Part shown: piece after piece, positions 9,096 through 18,057 of the stretch
How positions within the stretch are numbered: the stretch's first letter is position 1
Layout of the letters: each line of letters opens with the position of its first letter
Virus record (IMG/VR): IMGVR_UViG_3300028410_000746
Reading direction: 5' to 3' (one strand)
Length of the DNA: 64,000 bases
DNA from: a virus
Taxonomy: Duplodnaviria; Caudoviricetes
Notes under the pieces: model-generated
Seen by the model: the letters and a program-made list of their open reading frames with translations, nothing else
What the model was told of the DNA's origin: nothing
The model's database searches: none
Program-made: the position numbers and the translations under genes

Positions 9096-9674
9096 ATGAC
9101 CCTGGAACAACTCAAACGTGTCCTGCTGGCCCTGGGGGTGCAACACCCCAACGTCAAGATCCCTCTAAGGGCGGTCATGGATACGCTCACCCGTGAGGAC
9201 TTCGACCCCTCCCGGATCGTGGCAGCACGCCGATCACGCGTGGCAGCTTACGAGGCTCTTGACTTCACCCCTCCAAAGGCAGCACAGAACGCAGCCTCAA
9301 GGGGTCTGGAGCTGCGCAAGAAGCAGGAAGGGGACAAGGCCGGCCTGACGACGCAGGAGGCAGGAGAGCAGGGTATCGGTTCCGGTGTCCAACGCGCCGC
9401 TGACCTCAAGGCCGGCAAGGCGCTGAGCCCGGATACCATTCGCCAGATGCACGGCTTCTTCTCCCGCTTCCAGGCCCTCATCAAGAAGGCTCGGAAGCTG
9501 ACCAAGGAAGACGACATCCTGGAGTCGAACATGTACGTCTCCGACCTACTCTGGGGAGGCGCGCCTGCTCAGAAGTGGGCCGAGAAGCTCGTCAGTCAAA
9601 TGGATGCGGAAGACAAGAAGAAAGAGGCAGCTCTCGCACGTCGAGTCGCCACCATCTACCTCAACAGCCACTGA
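9096..9674 (+). CDS. Conserved phage head-associated domain protein (start may be ATG 9177)
   Basis: FTPPKAAQNAASRGLELR...RAADLKAG..LSPDTIRQMHGFFSRF...LLWGGAPAQKWA resembles a widespread phage domain. C-terminus ends ARRVATIYL. Confidence 0.65.
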   Translation: MTLEQLKRVLLALGVQHPNVKIPLRAVMDTLTREDFDPSRIVAARRSRVAAYEALDFTPPKAAQNAASRGLELRKKQEGDKAGLTTQEAGEQGIGSGVQRAADLKAGKALSPDTIRQMHGFFSRFQALIKKARKLTKEDDILESNMYVSDLLWGGAPAQKWAEKLVSQMDAEDKKKEAALARRVATIYLNSH

Positions 9675-9684
9675 GAGAGCCCCC

Positions 9685-11262
9685 ATGCACGTACGCATCA
9701 CCCCCAAACTTGAGCGCCAGCTCGTCTATGACGTGTGCGAGGTAGCTCGCCAGGGTCTCCTCGTGACACCCACCAAGGTTCCTAGCGTCCTGCTCAAGAA
9801 GTTGGCGGACAAGCTCGTCAAGGAGCTGGAGGTCGAGCTGAGCACGTCCAACGCGTACCGCTTTGCACAGGACCTTCTGGGCTCTTGCCGCGTCGCGCTG
9901 TCGGTGGCGGACATCAAGTCTGCGCTCAAGCAGGCGTCGGGTGAGGATAGCCCCTCGGTGGACCGCAAGACCGCCGAGAAGCTCTCCTCGATGCTTGAGA
10001 AGGCATGTCAAGCTCTCTCCATGGACCCGGAGCGTGGTGCGGAGCGTGCGAGGCGCGGCGCGTTGAAGCTGCTGGAGCGTGATCTGGCTCTGGAGAGCTG
10101 GGCCGCCATGCAGGTCTACGATGCGGTCTTGACGGACTCTTTGATCCTTCTCGACCTCGACACGTCTCAGCTCGGGGGATACCTCTCGTCGTATGCGGGC
10201 CCGGTCCACCAAAGGGTCGCCATGCGCTACGCGTGCTCCTCGGACACGATGAACGCGGGCTGCTCGGGGGCGTGCGCGTGTGCGTGTGACGGGTATGCGA
10301 ATCAGGACGCGTGCGCGTGTGCGTCTGTGACCGCGAGCTTCCCCCGGTCCACGGAGGTCGCGACCCGTCGGCTGCGTGCTATTGACGAAGAGGTCGAGCG
10401 CCTGAGCGTGCAGATCGAAGACCGCGAGGACATGGGAGTGTCTGCTCCTCGGATGAGTCGAAAGCGTCGTGAGTTGATTGAAGAGCGTGCGGGGTTGATT
10501 CGTCTCCTCGCCAGCTTCGGAGTCCGCATCTCCAAGAAGCACAAGGAGAAGCCCAAGGACGTCAAGCGCTACGTTGAAGAGCACCTGGAACAGGGGATGG
10601 ACGAGAGCAAGGCGTGGGCGATTGCCTGGAGCCGCTACTGTCGCAAGAGGCCCGGCAGCCCACGGTGCAAGCAGGACGGCTACTTCAAGGGACAGAAGAA
10701 AGGGGGGGCCGACGACGCCAAGGATCTTGGCGTGGACCCGTCCGACTACACGCCCGAGCAGAGGGGACAGATCATCATGGAGCGTCCGTGGCTCCACCCC
10801 CGCAGACCTGACGGCATGACCTACGTGATGAGGGCCCTGTCGGAGCCTCTCGCGCGTTGGCAGGAGTACGGGAGCGGCAAAGACAAGGTGTTCGCCGCCT
10901 ACAACGACCTGCACGAGGACCTCAAGAACCTGCTCGACGTCGCCAACCGTAAGGCCATGGGCGCGACCGCCATCGGGTTCCGCAGCTCGGGCAACGGGAA
11001 GTTCCCTTCCACCCTCGGCGGCATCTCTCTGCACTCCAACCTGGAGCCGGGTCAGGCTCGACTCGGGCCCAAGTACAACCGCGCGTACCGCGTACAGGCC
11101 AAAGATGTCCTGATGCACCCGGACGTTCCCAACTCTCCTCTGGCTCGTGGCTCCTGGAAGTGGGAGCGGGAGATGGTCCTCAAGCCCAACGCCAAGCCCA
11201 AGCAGCTCTCGGAATCCGAGACGGTCAAGCTCCTCGAAAAGATCGCCAAGGGAGGGAGGTGA
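9685..11262 (+). CDS. Multidomain (polyvalent-like) protein with a ChaB-like segment and a putative C-terminal ADP-ribosyltransferase-like domain
   Basis: ATG at 9685 after GAGAGAG. Contains PKDVKRYVEE...DESKAWAIAWS. C-terminal GFRSS...ISLHS...YRVQAKDVL...EREMVL. Confidence 0.55.
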   Translation: MHVRITPKLERQLVYDVCEVARQGLLVTPTKVPSVLLKKLADKLVKELEVELSTSNAYRFAQDLLGSCRVALSVADIKSALKQASGEDSPSVDRKTAEKLSSMLEKACQALSMDPERGAERARRGALKLLERDLALESWAAMQVYDAVLTDSLILLDLDTSQLGGYLSSYAGPVHQRVAMRYACSSDTMNAGCSGACACACDGYANQDACACASVTASFPRSTEVATRRLRAIDEEVERLSVQIEDREDMGVSAPRMSRKRRELIEERAGLIRLLASFGVRISKKHKEKPKDVKRYVEEHLEQGMDESKAWAIAWSRYCRKRPGSPRCKQDGYFKGQKKGGADDAKDLGVDPSDYTPEQRGQIIMERPWLHPRRPDGMTYVMRALSEPLARWQEYGSGKDKVFAAYNDLHEDLKNLLDVANRKAMGATAIGFRSSGNGKFPSTLGGISLHSNLEPGQARLGPKYNRAYRVQAKDVLMHPDVPNSPLARGSWKWEREMVLKPNAKPKQLSESETVKLLEKIAKGGR

Positions 11263-12917
11263 TGACTCACAAGACTACACGCATGTCCAAGGCCGGTCAG
11301 GTCTTCTTGCACTTCACCAGCCGCAAAGACGCTGGCTTGATCAAGCGGTCTGGCAAGCTGTGGTCGTCGAGCTATGTTGAGGGCGTCTACGCCATCGAAG
11401 AGGGGGGCGCCTACATACCCGGAGTCCAACAGGGTTCATTGGGCCGCACGAAGGTCCGCGACACGGCGGTCGTTTTCACGACGCGAGTGCCTCCCAACCA
11501 GCGCTACTCGGAGGAGACCATCTGGTATGCGGATTCGATTCCCGTGCGCGTTCTGGAGGTCCTCCCCGTGGACCGAGCCGTATCGAAGTACCTCTACGTG
11601 CCGGGGTCAGACTCGAAGCTGTACACGAAGATGGAGGAAGCCGCGCGTAAGCTCCAGGAAGACCCTGCGATCACGCGGAAGGCAAAGTCGCTTCTTGGCG
11701 TGGACTGCAAGGTCTTCCTGGACATCCCCGCCGAACTTCGAGGGGGCAAGGTGCGGGTCGTGTTGTATCTGATGATGTCGCCCGGCGCTGACCCAAACAT
11801 CCCCTCCGAGCGCGACCTTGGACGCATCCTGCAAGAGGCCTTGGAGGCGCAAGGCCTCTCGGTACAGGTCACCCCGGAAGACTTCTCCCTGGAAGATCGT
11901 ACGGGCCCGGACAGCCTGTATAACGACACGCTCATGACTGCGTTCTTCCTGGTCGAGGAGCCTTCCGGATCACGTAAGGGTACGTCCCACCAGCGCGAGC
12001 TTGCTGTACGCGTCGCATCACTGTGGAGCCATCGTGAGCGTCTCGCGGGAGCGCCCGCGCGTGCGCGTCAAGATATGGCCAAGAAGCTCCTGTCGCACCT
12101 GCTCCGTAATGCGAACTGGATTCCTTCGGCTTTCAGCGACGGCCTGGAAGCCATCGTGCCCGCTCAACAGCTTCTGAGTCTACCGGAGTGGCCTGCGAAC
12201 ACTCCCGCGCGCCTGCGAGTACAGGTGAGTACGCGTCTCCAGACGTCCTCATACAGCGCCTCAAGGATTCGCCTCAAGGTCCGTGAGGAGCCCACAGAGG
12301 AGAACATCTACCTCCTCCTGGGGACTCCGCGTGTGCGGTCCTCTTTGCTCCACGAGCTGGTGCATTACGTGGACGACATGGCGCAGCGTCTCAACCTCTC
12401 CAAGGACTACGACTCCTCGAACCGCGACACGTACTTCAACGAGGCCGGCGAAATCAGCGCCTATGTTGGCCAGCTCGCCGGGTCGGTCGGCTCTACGTCC
12501 ATGCGACGACTGCGCAAGGCCTTGCGTGGGGTCCGCAGCGGCAAGCCTCTCCACACGGTGCTGTGGGAGGTACCGGAGCTGTCAGGTTGGGGCAGCGAAT
12601 ACTTCACCGAGCTGCTCGACGTAAGCAGCATCACCGACAACCCCCTACGAAACGGGGACTACTTCAACAAGCTCGACGTCTCCCATCTCAAGCTCTTGGG
12701 CAAGCACCTCAAGCCCAAGGAGCGTCGCACCTTCCTCCGGGACCTGTACCTTTCCCTGGAGCGCATCCGACGTCGTGAGCTGATTCCGGAGGTGGCGAAG
12801 TTCCTCAAGAGCCGGCCCGAGGTCCTGGAGGTCGAGGAGGACGAGGAATACTCATGGAAGCCCTCGGGCCCCAAGACCGCCAAGGCGTGGTGGGCGTGGC
12901 TCCTCAAGCAGGCTTGA
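11262..12917 (+). CDS. Multidomain protein with an N-terminal ART-like (HxT) domain and a HExxH zincin metallopeptidase-like domain
   Basis: ATG overlaps the upstream TGA, with GGAGGGAGG RBS. Motifs LHFTS...LIKRSGKLWSS...GVY and SSLLHELVHY...YFNEAGEISAY. Confidence 0.6.
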   Translation: MTHKTTRMSKAGQVFLHFTSRKDAGLIKRSGKLWSSSYVEGVYAIEEGGAYIPGVQQGSLGRTKVRDTAVVFTTRVPPNQRYSEETIWYADSIPVRVLEVLPVDRAVSKYLYVPGSDSKLYTKMEEAARKLQEDPAITRKAKSLLGVDCKVFLDIPAELRGGKVRVVLYLMMSPGADPNIPSERDLGRILQEALEAQGLSVQVTPEDFSLEDRTGPDSLYNDTLMTAFFLVEEPSGSRKGTSHQRELAVRVASLWSHRERLAGAPARARQDMAKKLLSHLLRNANWIPSAFSDGLEAIVPAQQLLSLPEWPANTPARLRVQVSTRLQTSSYSASRIRLKVREEPTEENIYLLLGTPRVRSSLLHELVHYVDDMAQRLNLSKDYDSSNRDTYFNEAGEISAYVGQLAGSVGSTSMRRLRKALRGVRSGKPLHTVLWEVPELSGWGSEYFTELLDVSSITDNPLRNGDYFNKLDVSHLKLLGKHLKPKERRTFLRDLYLSLERIRRRELIPEVAKFLKSRPEVLEVEEDEEYSWKPSGPKTAKAWWAWLLKQA

Positions 12918-13004
12918 AGATAGTTCTTATAACGACGTGATCGTGAACGCCCCCGGCGCATGGTGCCGGGTTTACGCAGCCTCATCGCTACGACGGACTC
13001 CCAC

Positions 13005-13493
13005 ATGACACTCTCTCAACGCGTAGCTCGCCTGTATATGGCCGGGATCTATGAGTACACCCACCGCCTCAGGCACCATCGCTATGATGGACCCGATCGC
13101 ACGTGGGCCGAGCAGCTCCAGCTCCTCATTGATACTCTCTATTTGGCTGTGGAGATGTACGACGACCGCAGCGCAAGGGAGGCAGTAGGTGCGGTCTCCC
13201 GAGACCTCCCGGCGCTCTTTGCGCACGCCCAGAACCAGGATGACATCGCCAATGAGGAGGACCTCCTCGTGGCTCTTGATGCGACCACCGCCGCGCTCAT
13301 GGACGCAGACCGCATTGAACATGAGGTCGTCACCGAGGTAGCCGTCGCACTGGAAGCCGTTCTCAGCTCCGGTGATCTGGACGAGATCCCGTACTCCCTC
13401 AACGTGACTCGCATTTACGAGATCCCGTCTCCGAAGGGACTCGACCGTCGCGCAGTCCAGAAGATCGTCCGAGCCTACCGCCTCCAGCGATAA
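13005..13493 (+). CDS. Hypothetical protein, putative internal virion protein
   Basis: Starts MTLSQRVARLYMA, the motif shared with neighbouring genes. Confidence 0.6.
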   Translation: MTLSQRVARLYMAGIYEYTHRLRHHRYDGPDRTWAEQLQLLIDTLYLAVEMYDDRSAREAVGAVSRDLPALFAHAQNQDDIANEEDLLVALDATTAALMDADRIEHEVVTEVAVALEAVLSSGDLDEIPYSLNVTRIYEIPSPKGLDRRAVQKIVRAYRLQR

Positions 13494-13549
13494 GCCCTGC
13501 CAGCTCCGGTCGGTATGGATACGATCACCCACAGCACTTGAGACCTATC

Positions 13550-14200
13550 ATGAGCAACGCACTACTCAAGCCCGGCACTTACGTCCCCGATGAGCACGAC
13601 GTCTTCGTACAGAAGCGTCGCAAGGCTCTGTTGCAGATGCTGGTCTTTTACGGCATGACCCTGGCGGGCCTGGGTTCGATCGCGTTCGCGGTCTATGGCG
13701 CGGAGGACCTCGGGGGAGCCTGGGTTGCCTTCGGCTTCACCATCGTGTGCTTGCTCATCTCAATCTGGGGCACGTACAGCTTCTACACGCGCGCTACCTT
13801 TGGTTATCAGATCGTGAGCGGACGAATCCGGATGCTCTTCGAGACGGTCGACTACTACGTCCCGCCTCACATCATGGAGCCCTACCTCCTGGGTATCATG
13901 ACCATGTTCGATCGGTTCTTCCTGGAGAAGTACGGGAAGCCTACACAAGATGTCGTGGAAGTACGGCTGCTCTTGTTGGGTCGTCGCCCTATCGACCCGA
14001 TCAAGCGCGGCGACCCGGATAAGTTGGTCGGGACCTCGTACTTCGGCCAATCGACCAGTAACGTGTACGGCCCTTACGCTTTGAACGAGGGAGGCCTCGG
14101 ATACGAGTTTCGCCTCCAGCTTTGTCACTACATCATCCCCGACACCACTGAGCCCGAGAAGCTCCAGTGGATGCTCGACAATGACCTCTACAACGACTGA
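13550..14200 (+). CDS. Membrane protein with two predicted TM helices
   Basis: Hydrophobic stretches ALLQMLVFYGMTLAGLGSIAFAVY and AWVAFGFTIVCLLISIWGTYSFY. Confidence 0.65.
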   Translation: MSNALLKPGTYVPDEHDVFVQKRRKALLQMLVFYGMTLAGLGSIAFAVYGAEDLGGAWVAFGFTIVCLLISIWGTYSFYTRATFGYQIVSGRIRMLFETVDYYVPPHIMEPYLLGIMTMFDRFFLEKYGKPTQDVVEVRLLLLGRRPIDPIKRGDPDKLVGTSYFGQSTSNVYGPYALNEGGLGYEFRLQLCHYIIPDTTEPEKLQWMLDNDLYND

Positions 14201-14211
14201 AGGATACGACC

Positions 14212-14814
14212 ATGCCCCAGAAACTACACATCAAGATCGCCTCGGTCCCTGGACAGGAGCGTAGCCTCTTTGATCGCGTCGTCCGACTGGCGTACACCAC
14301 GCCCGAGCTGCGGCCTCAGCTCCTCCCGATGCTCAAGGATGCGGCGCGTTCGATCGGCCTCAACACGCTCAAGGATCTCCACGAGTACCGAGGCACGTTC
14401 GCGATCCTGTCGGCGTACCGTCCGATGTCGAAGTCGGACAACAAGGCACGGCACGGCGAGCTGATTCGTGATCTCCAGGTCATGGGGTACCGGAGCTGGT
14501 TCGACGCCAAGGGCTACTGGACCCACACCGAGAAGAGCGTGATGGTCCCCCGCATGACCTTTGGACACGCCGTGGAGCTTGGTCGCAAGTACAACCAGGA
14601 TGCCGTGGTCTACAAGGGCAAGGACGGTCTCGTGGGGATCTATGACCTCCGCACCAACACCGTTCAGGTCGCCGGCCCGAACGTCGACATCTCCTCCGAC
14701 CCTGCCGATGCCGTCACGAAGTTCCGCAACACGGGCCTCACGTACGAGTTGAGCGAAGCCCACTACCCCTTCAGCGGCCCCATGACTCAGGACAAGCTCC
14801 GCTCTATGCAGTGA
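14212..14814 (+). CDS. DUF3293-like protein with an N-terminal RVVRLAY...PELRPQLLPML segment
   Basis: FAILSAYR...DNKARHGELIRDL...GYW..TEKSV...AVELGRKYNQDAVV matches the DUF3293-like pattern by eye. Confidence 0.6.
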   Translation: MPQKLHIKIASVPGQERSLFDRVVRLAYTTPELRPQLLPMLKDAARSIGLNTLKDLHEYRGTFAILSAYRPMSKSDNKARHGELIRDLQVMGYRSWFDAKGYWTHTEKSVMVPRMTFGHAVELGRKYNQDAVVYKGKDGLVGIYDLRTNTVQVAGPNVDISSDPADAVTKFRNTGLTYELSEAHYPFSGPMTQDKLRSMQ

Positions 14815-15370
14815 GCCTTCCGTGGAAGTCCGCTCCCTCCGGGGCGCAGTCACGGAGAGGGACCTCTCCAGCCTTGAAGCAAATCCAGGTCTCTCCCAGA
14901 GCCAGCCACAAGGTCCCGTCCGAAGATGCCGCGACCTGCGTGAGTTGAGAGCCTTCCAGACCTCTTCCCCAAATGGGGAGGGGGTCTTTCTCTGTGGTAG
15001 GTTCTGAACGTGCTCGGTCAAAGCTCCAACCTTCGCGTCCTACAGGGGCCCACAAATCCAGTCTAACGGGCGGCGCTCCCTTGGCGGACAAGTACAGCGC
15101 GGTGCCTCGGTCAAACGGCTCTACGGCGACGCATCGACGTCCCAGGTCCTTTGCCAGCTCCTTGTACGCGTTCCACTCTCCTCCCGAATGGCCGAGGGCG
15201 CACCACATCAGGACCTCATGGTGCGCCAGCTCGTTATGGGAGTCCCACCTGAGGTAGCGTCCCTCCACTCCTCGAAGCTTCGCAGCTTCCACGAGCGCCG
15301 TGTCGTCTTCCCAGTTGAGGAAGTTAAGCGGTCTACCCGTCTTTGCCCGCTGTCGGTTCAAATCATCCAT
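14804..15370 (-). CDS. Hypothetical protein
   Basis: ATG at 15370 overlaps the end of the upstream gene. Confidence 0.55.
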   Translation of the reverse strand: MDDLNRQRAKTGRPLNFLNWEDDTALVEAAKLRGVEGRYLRWDSHNELAHHEVLMWCALGHSGGEWNAYKELAKDLGRRCVAVEPFDRGTALYLSAKGAPPVRLDLWAPVGREGWSFDRARSEPTTEKDPLPIWGRGLEGSQLTQVAASSDGTLWLALGETWICFKAGEVPLRDCAPEGADFHGRLTA

Positions 15371-15737
15371 GACCCACCACCCAGTTCCGGTCGGCCGCAC
15401 GCACGCGCGACTGTATGCAGCCCTTCGTCCTCTTTTTCAGCGTCTGGAAGACCCCCGCCTCGTGCGGAGTGGCTTCCTCAGGCATGACGAAGAAGCCTCC
15501 CGAGATTCCCTCCTTTCGCACCACATCCCGCAGCTCCTTTGCCACGTCGACGCCGTACCGAAGGTCGAGCCCGAAGTTGGGCCCTGAGGACCTCATCAGC
15601 AGCGCGCACTTCGGACAGTGCATCGTGTTTCGGTTCTTGAAGGATGGCCCGTACTGCCCGCAGCAGTCGCAGATATCTCCTCCGTACTCCTCCCACCCAA
15701 GATGTCGGGCGAGCTTCAGATCCGTGTCTCTATCCAT
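15363..15737 (-). CDS. Zinc-finger-like hypothetical protein
   Basis: CDCCG...HCPKC motifs. GGAGGAG RBS before ATG at 15737; promoter at 15797-15769. Confidence 0.65.
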   Translation of the reverse strand: MDRDTDLKLARHLGWEEYGGDICDCCGQYGPSFKNRNTMHCPKCALLMRSSGPNFGLDLRYGVDVAKELRDVVRKEGISGGFFVMPEEATPHEAGVFQTLKKRTKGCIQSRVRAADRNWVVGHG

Positions 15738-15768
15738 CTCATACTCCTCCGTGAGGGTTAACGTCTCC

Positions 15769-15797
15769 TGTATACCACAGCACGAGAGAGCCGTAAA
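15769..15797 (-). promoter_or_regulatory. Sigma70-like promoter, TTTACG-N17-TATACA class
   Basis: TTTACG(15797-15792), 17-nt spacer ending TGTGG, TATACA(15774-15769). Confidence 0.7.
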
Positions 15798-15852
15798 AGC
15801 TAATCGTTTTATAGTCTGGGAGGGTGTCACGTGGGATATAAGGAGGCAGTAA

Positions 15853-16845
15853 ATGAGCAAGGTACTTACTTTTGATCGCATTCAGGCGGGACTCCAGGCG
15901 CTCAAGAAGCTGGGCATCCAGCGCGAGACCTTCACGGTCCTGGGGGTGGAGCTGACGATTGCGACGGTGGACAGCAAGGCCCATCAGGAGATCAACACCT
16001 ACGTCACCTCCTACATGCAGGCCTATGAGGAGGGAGATGGGGACTCGGCGTACAACTTTGACGCGACCCTGGACTTCTTCCTCGTACGCAAGGTCGAGGT
16101 CCTCTCGCACGCCATCCTCAAGATGGGTGATCTGGACTTCGAGGGTGTTGAGTGGGTGGAGACCGGAGACAAGCATCCGGACAACAGCTCGAAGGTTAAG
16201 GTCGCCAAGAGCAAGTTCTTGCGCGACCTCTTGATGGGAGTGGACCAGACGGTCGTGGACGTGGCCTACCGCAAGTACGCCGAGCTGATCGAGCTTGCCG
16301 AATCGCGCAGCGTCGAAGGTGTCGTGTTCCGTGATCTGGAGGATGAGCTGTCCAAGGCTCGCGCGACCGTCGCCCGTCTGGAAGATGAGTTGGGCAAGGG
16401 CAAGGAAGAGGGCAACGACACGGAAGACGGCGAGAAGGTTGAAGAGGTCCTGACCGAGGAGAGCGTGCGTGATCGCATGTTTGGGGTCGTCTCCGAAGAG
16501 GAGAGCGTGGCCCTTGGAGACCGTTCGATCCTTTCGGAGCTGGAGGCCGAGCCCGTGACGGTGGAGGAGCCTGTGGAGAGGATTCAGGCCGGCTCGACCA
16601 CGTTCGTGCGGCTCGACGAGCCTGACGCCCCCCTCTCCGACGAAGAGGAGACCTACCTACGCGCGCAGGAGGAGTTGCACCAGCAGCGCTACGGCGAGCC
16701 TCGTCAGCCCCTCAATCAGACCCCTCCCCAGCTACACTCCGGGACGCTCCCGTCTCAGGGTGGGCCCCGTCGAGTCGTGCGCGGGTCGCAAGCGCTTCCC
16801 CCCGACTTCGAGATTCACCAGGGTATCCACAGCGATGACACGTGA
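15853..16845 (+). CDS. Putative tail assembly chaperone
   Basis: 330-aa acidic protein with AAGGAGG RBS. First of two genes preceding the tape measure gene; assignment is positional. Confidence 0.5.
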   Translation: MSKVLTFDRIQAGLQALKKLGIQRETFTVLGVELTIATVDSKAHQEINTYVTSYMQAYEEGDGDSAYNFDATLDFFLVRKVEVLSHAILKMGDLDFEGVEWVETGDKHPDNSSKVKVAKSKFLRDLLMGVDQTVVDVAYRKYAELIELAESRSVEGVVFRDLEDELSKARATVARLEDELGKGKEEGNDTEDGEKVEEVLTEESVRDRMFGVVSEEESVALGDRSILSELEAEPVTVEEPVERIQAGSTTFVRLDEPDAPLSDEEETYLRAQEELHQQRYGEPRQPLNQTPPQLHSGTLPSQGGPRRVVRGSQALPPDFEIHQGIHSDDT

Positions 16846-18032
16846 TGAGCAGATTGACTACCCGCTACGAAGACGTGGAGTCGATGCTGTTCCAGGGGTT
16901 CGTGAGTACGCGGTGTTCCATCCAGGGGGTCCCGATCGTCCTCAAGACCTTGACGGAGATGGAGGCAAGCCTCGTCCTGCTCCAGGGTGAGGACCTCTCC
17001 ACGGACTGGCGTACACACACGGCCTACTATCTGGCCTACAGCACGCTCTTCTTCAACAGACAGTTGGTGCTCCCCGTCCGAGATGACTGGCTCCCCGAAC
17101 TGGCCGACTCGTACCTGGAGTTTTCGGACCGGGTGCTCGTGACGCTGTTGCGCTCGCTCCGCAGGCTCAATCAAAGGTCGACGCAGGCGCTGCTCAAGGT
17201 GCAGGCGTACACGTATGGTGCCGCGTCCCGAGAGCGCTGGTTGGGACTCAACGGCACCCCCTTGTGTGATCCGAGGGTCACGGGAATCCGGGGGAGCGAG
17301 TACCTGGGGTTGAACTACCACCAGCGGCTGTGGACCTACCTCAACGTTCACGACGACATCAACGAAAACTACATGCTCAACTATGGGCTCGCCAAGTTCC
17401 AGGTCTCTCCACACGCGCCCAAGGAGATCCAGAAGATGGACCGGCGTGATGCGACCCGGATCAAAGACCGCCAGAGCAAGAGAGACGCGCTCTTCCACGG
17501 TCGCAAAAACCCGCTGGCTGAGGGAGAGAGCGTACGCGTCAGCGCGGAGAGCCCTCAGGAGCTGCTTGAGCAGATGGAGCGGACGATGCGAGGCGAGAAG
17601 GACTTCCACGACCTCGTGATCGAAGAGCACAGCAAACGCGTCCGCATGCGTTACCTGGAGCGCGAGGCAGAGAGAAGCCGAATGGCACGTCAGGGACGCG
17701 AGCGCGCCTTGCGCTTGAGGGAGCTGGAGGGTTCACAGAAAGAGGTCACGGGCTTGAGCCGAGAAGAGGTCGAGCACATCGTCCACAAGAACCGCGACGA
17801 GGACGCTCGGGCACGAGAGAACCCGCTATGGGCTGACCCAAGCGTACGGGCCGAGCAGGAGCGTAATCTCATCCGCTGGGGCTTCGTACAGAACGAGGAC
17901 ATCCCGGAGGACCGCAGGGATTGGTACGACGACATGGGCTACCGCGTTAAGCGCTCGACCTCGGACCTGACCGAAAATCCACTGATGCGAGAGTATTACC
18001 AGAAGGAGACGCCTGAGCGTGATCCCGACTGA
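16842..18032 (+). CDS. Putative second tail assembly chaperone
   Basis: 396 aa, overlaps the previous stop and lies directly before the tape measure gene; assignment is positional. Confidence 0.45.
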   Translation: MMSRLTTRYEDVESMLFQGFVSTRCSIQGVPIVLKTLTEMEASLVLLQGEDLSTDWRTHTAYYLAYSTLFFNRQLVLPVRDDWLPELADSYLEFSDRVLVTLLRSLRRLNQRSTQALLKVQAYTYGAASRERWLGLNGTPLCDPRVTGIRGSEYLGLNYHQRLWTYLNVHDDINENYMLNYGLAKFQVSPHAPKEIQKMDRRDATRIKDRQSKRDALFHGRKNPLAEGESVRVSAESPQELLEQMERTMRGEKDFHDLVIEEHSKRVRMRYLEREAERSRMARQGRERALRLRELEGSQKEVTGLSREEVEHIVHKNRDEDARARENPLWADPSVRAEQERNLIRWGFVQNEDIPEDRRDWYDDMGYRVKRSTSDLTENPLMREYYQKETPERDPD

Positions 18033-18057
18033 CCCCTGATAAAGAGAGACGAACCCC

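Noticed and set aside
16800-16860. Programmed frameshift between the two chaperone-like genes (lambda G/GT style)
   Set aside because: No slippery heptamer is seen; the junction is a simple GTGATG stop/start overlap.
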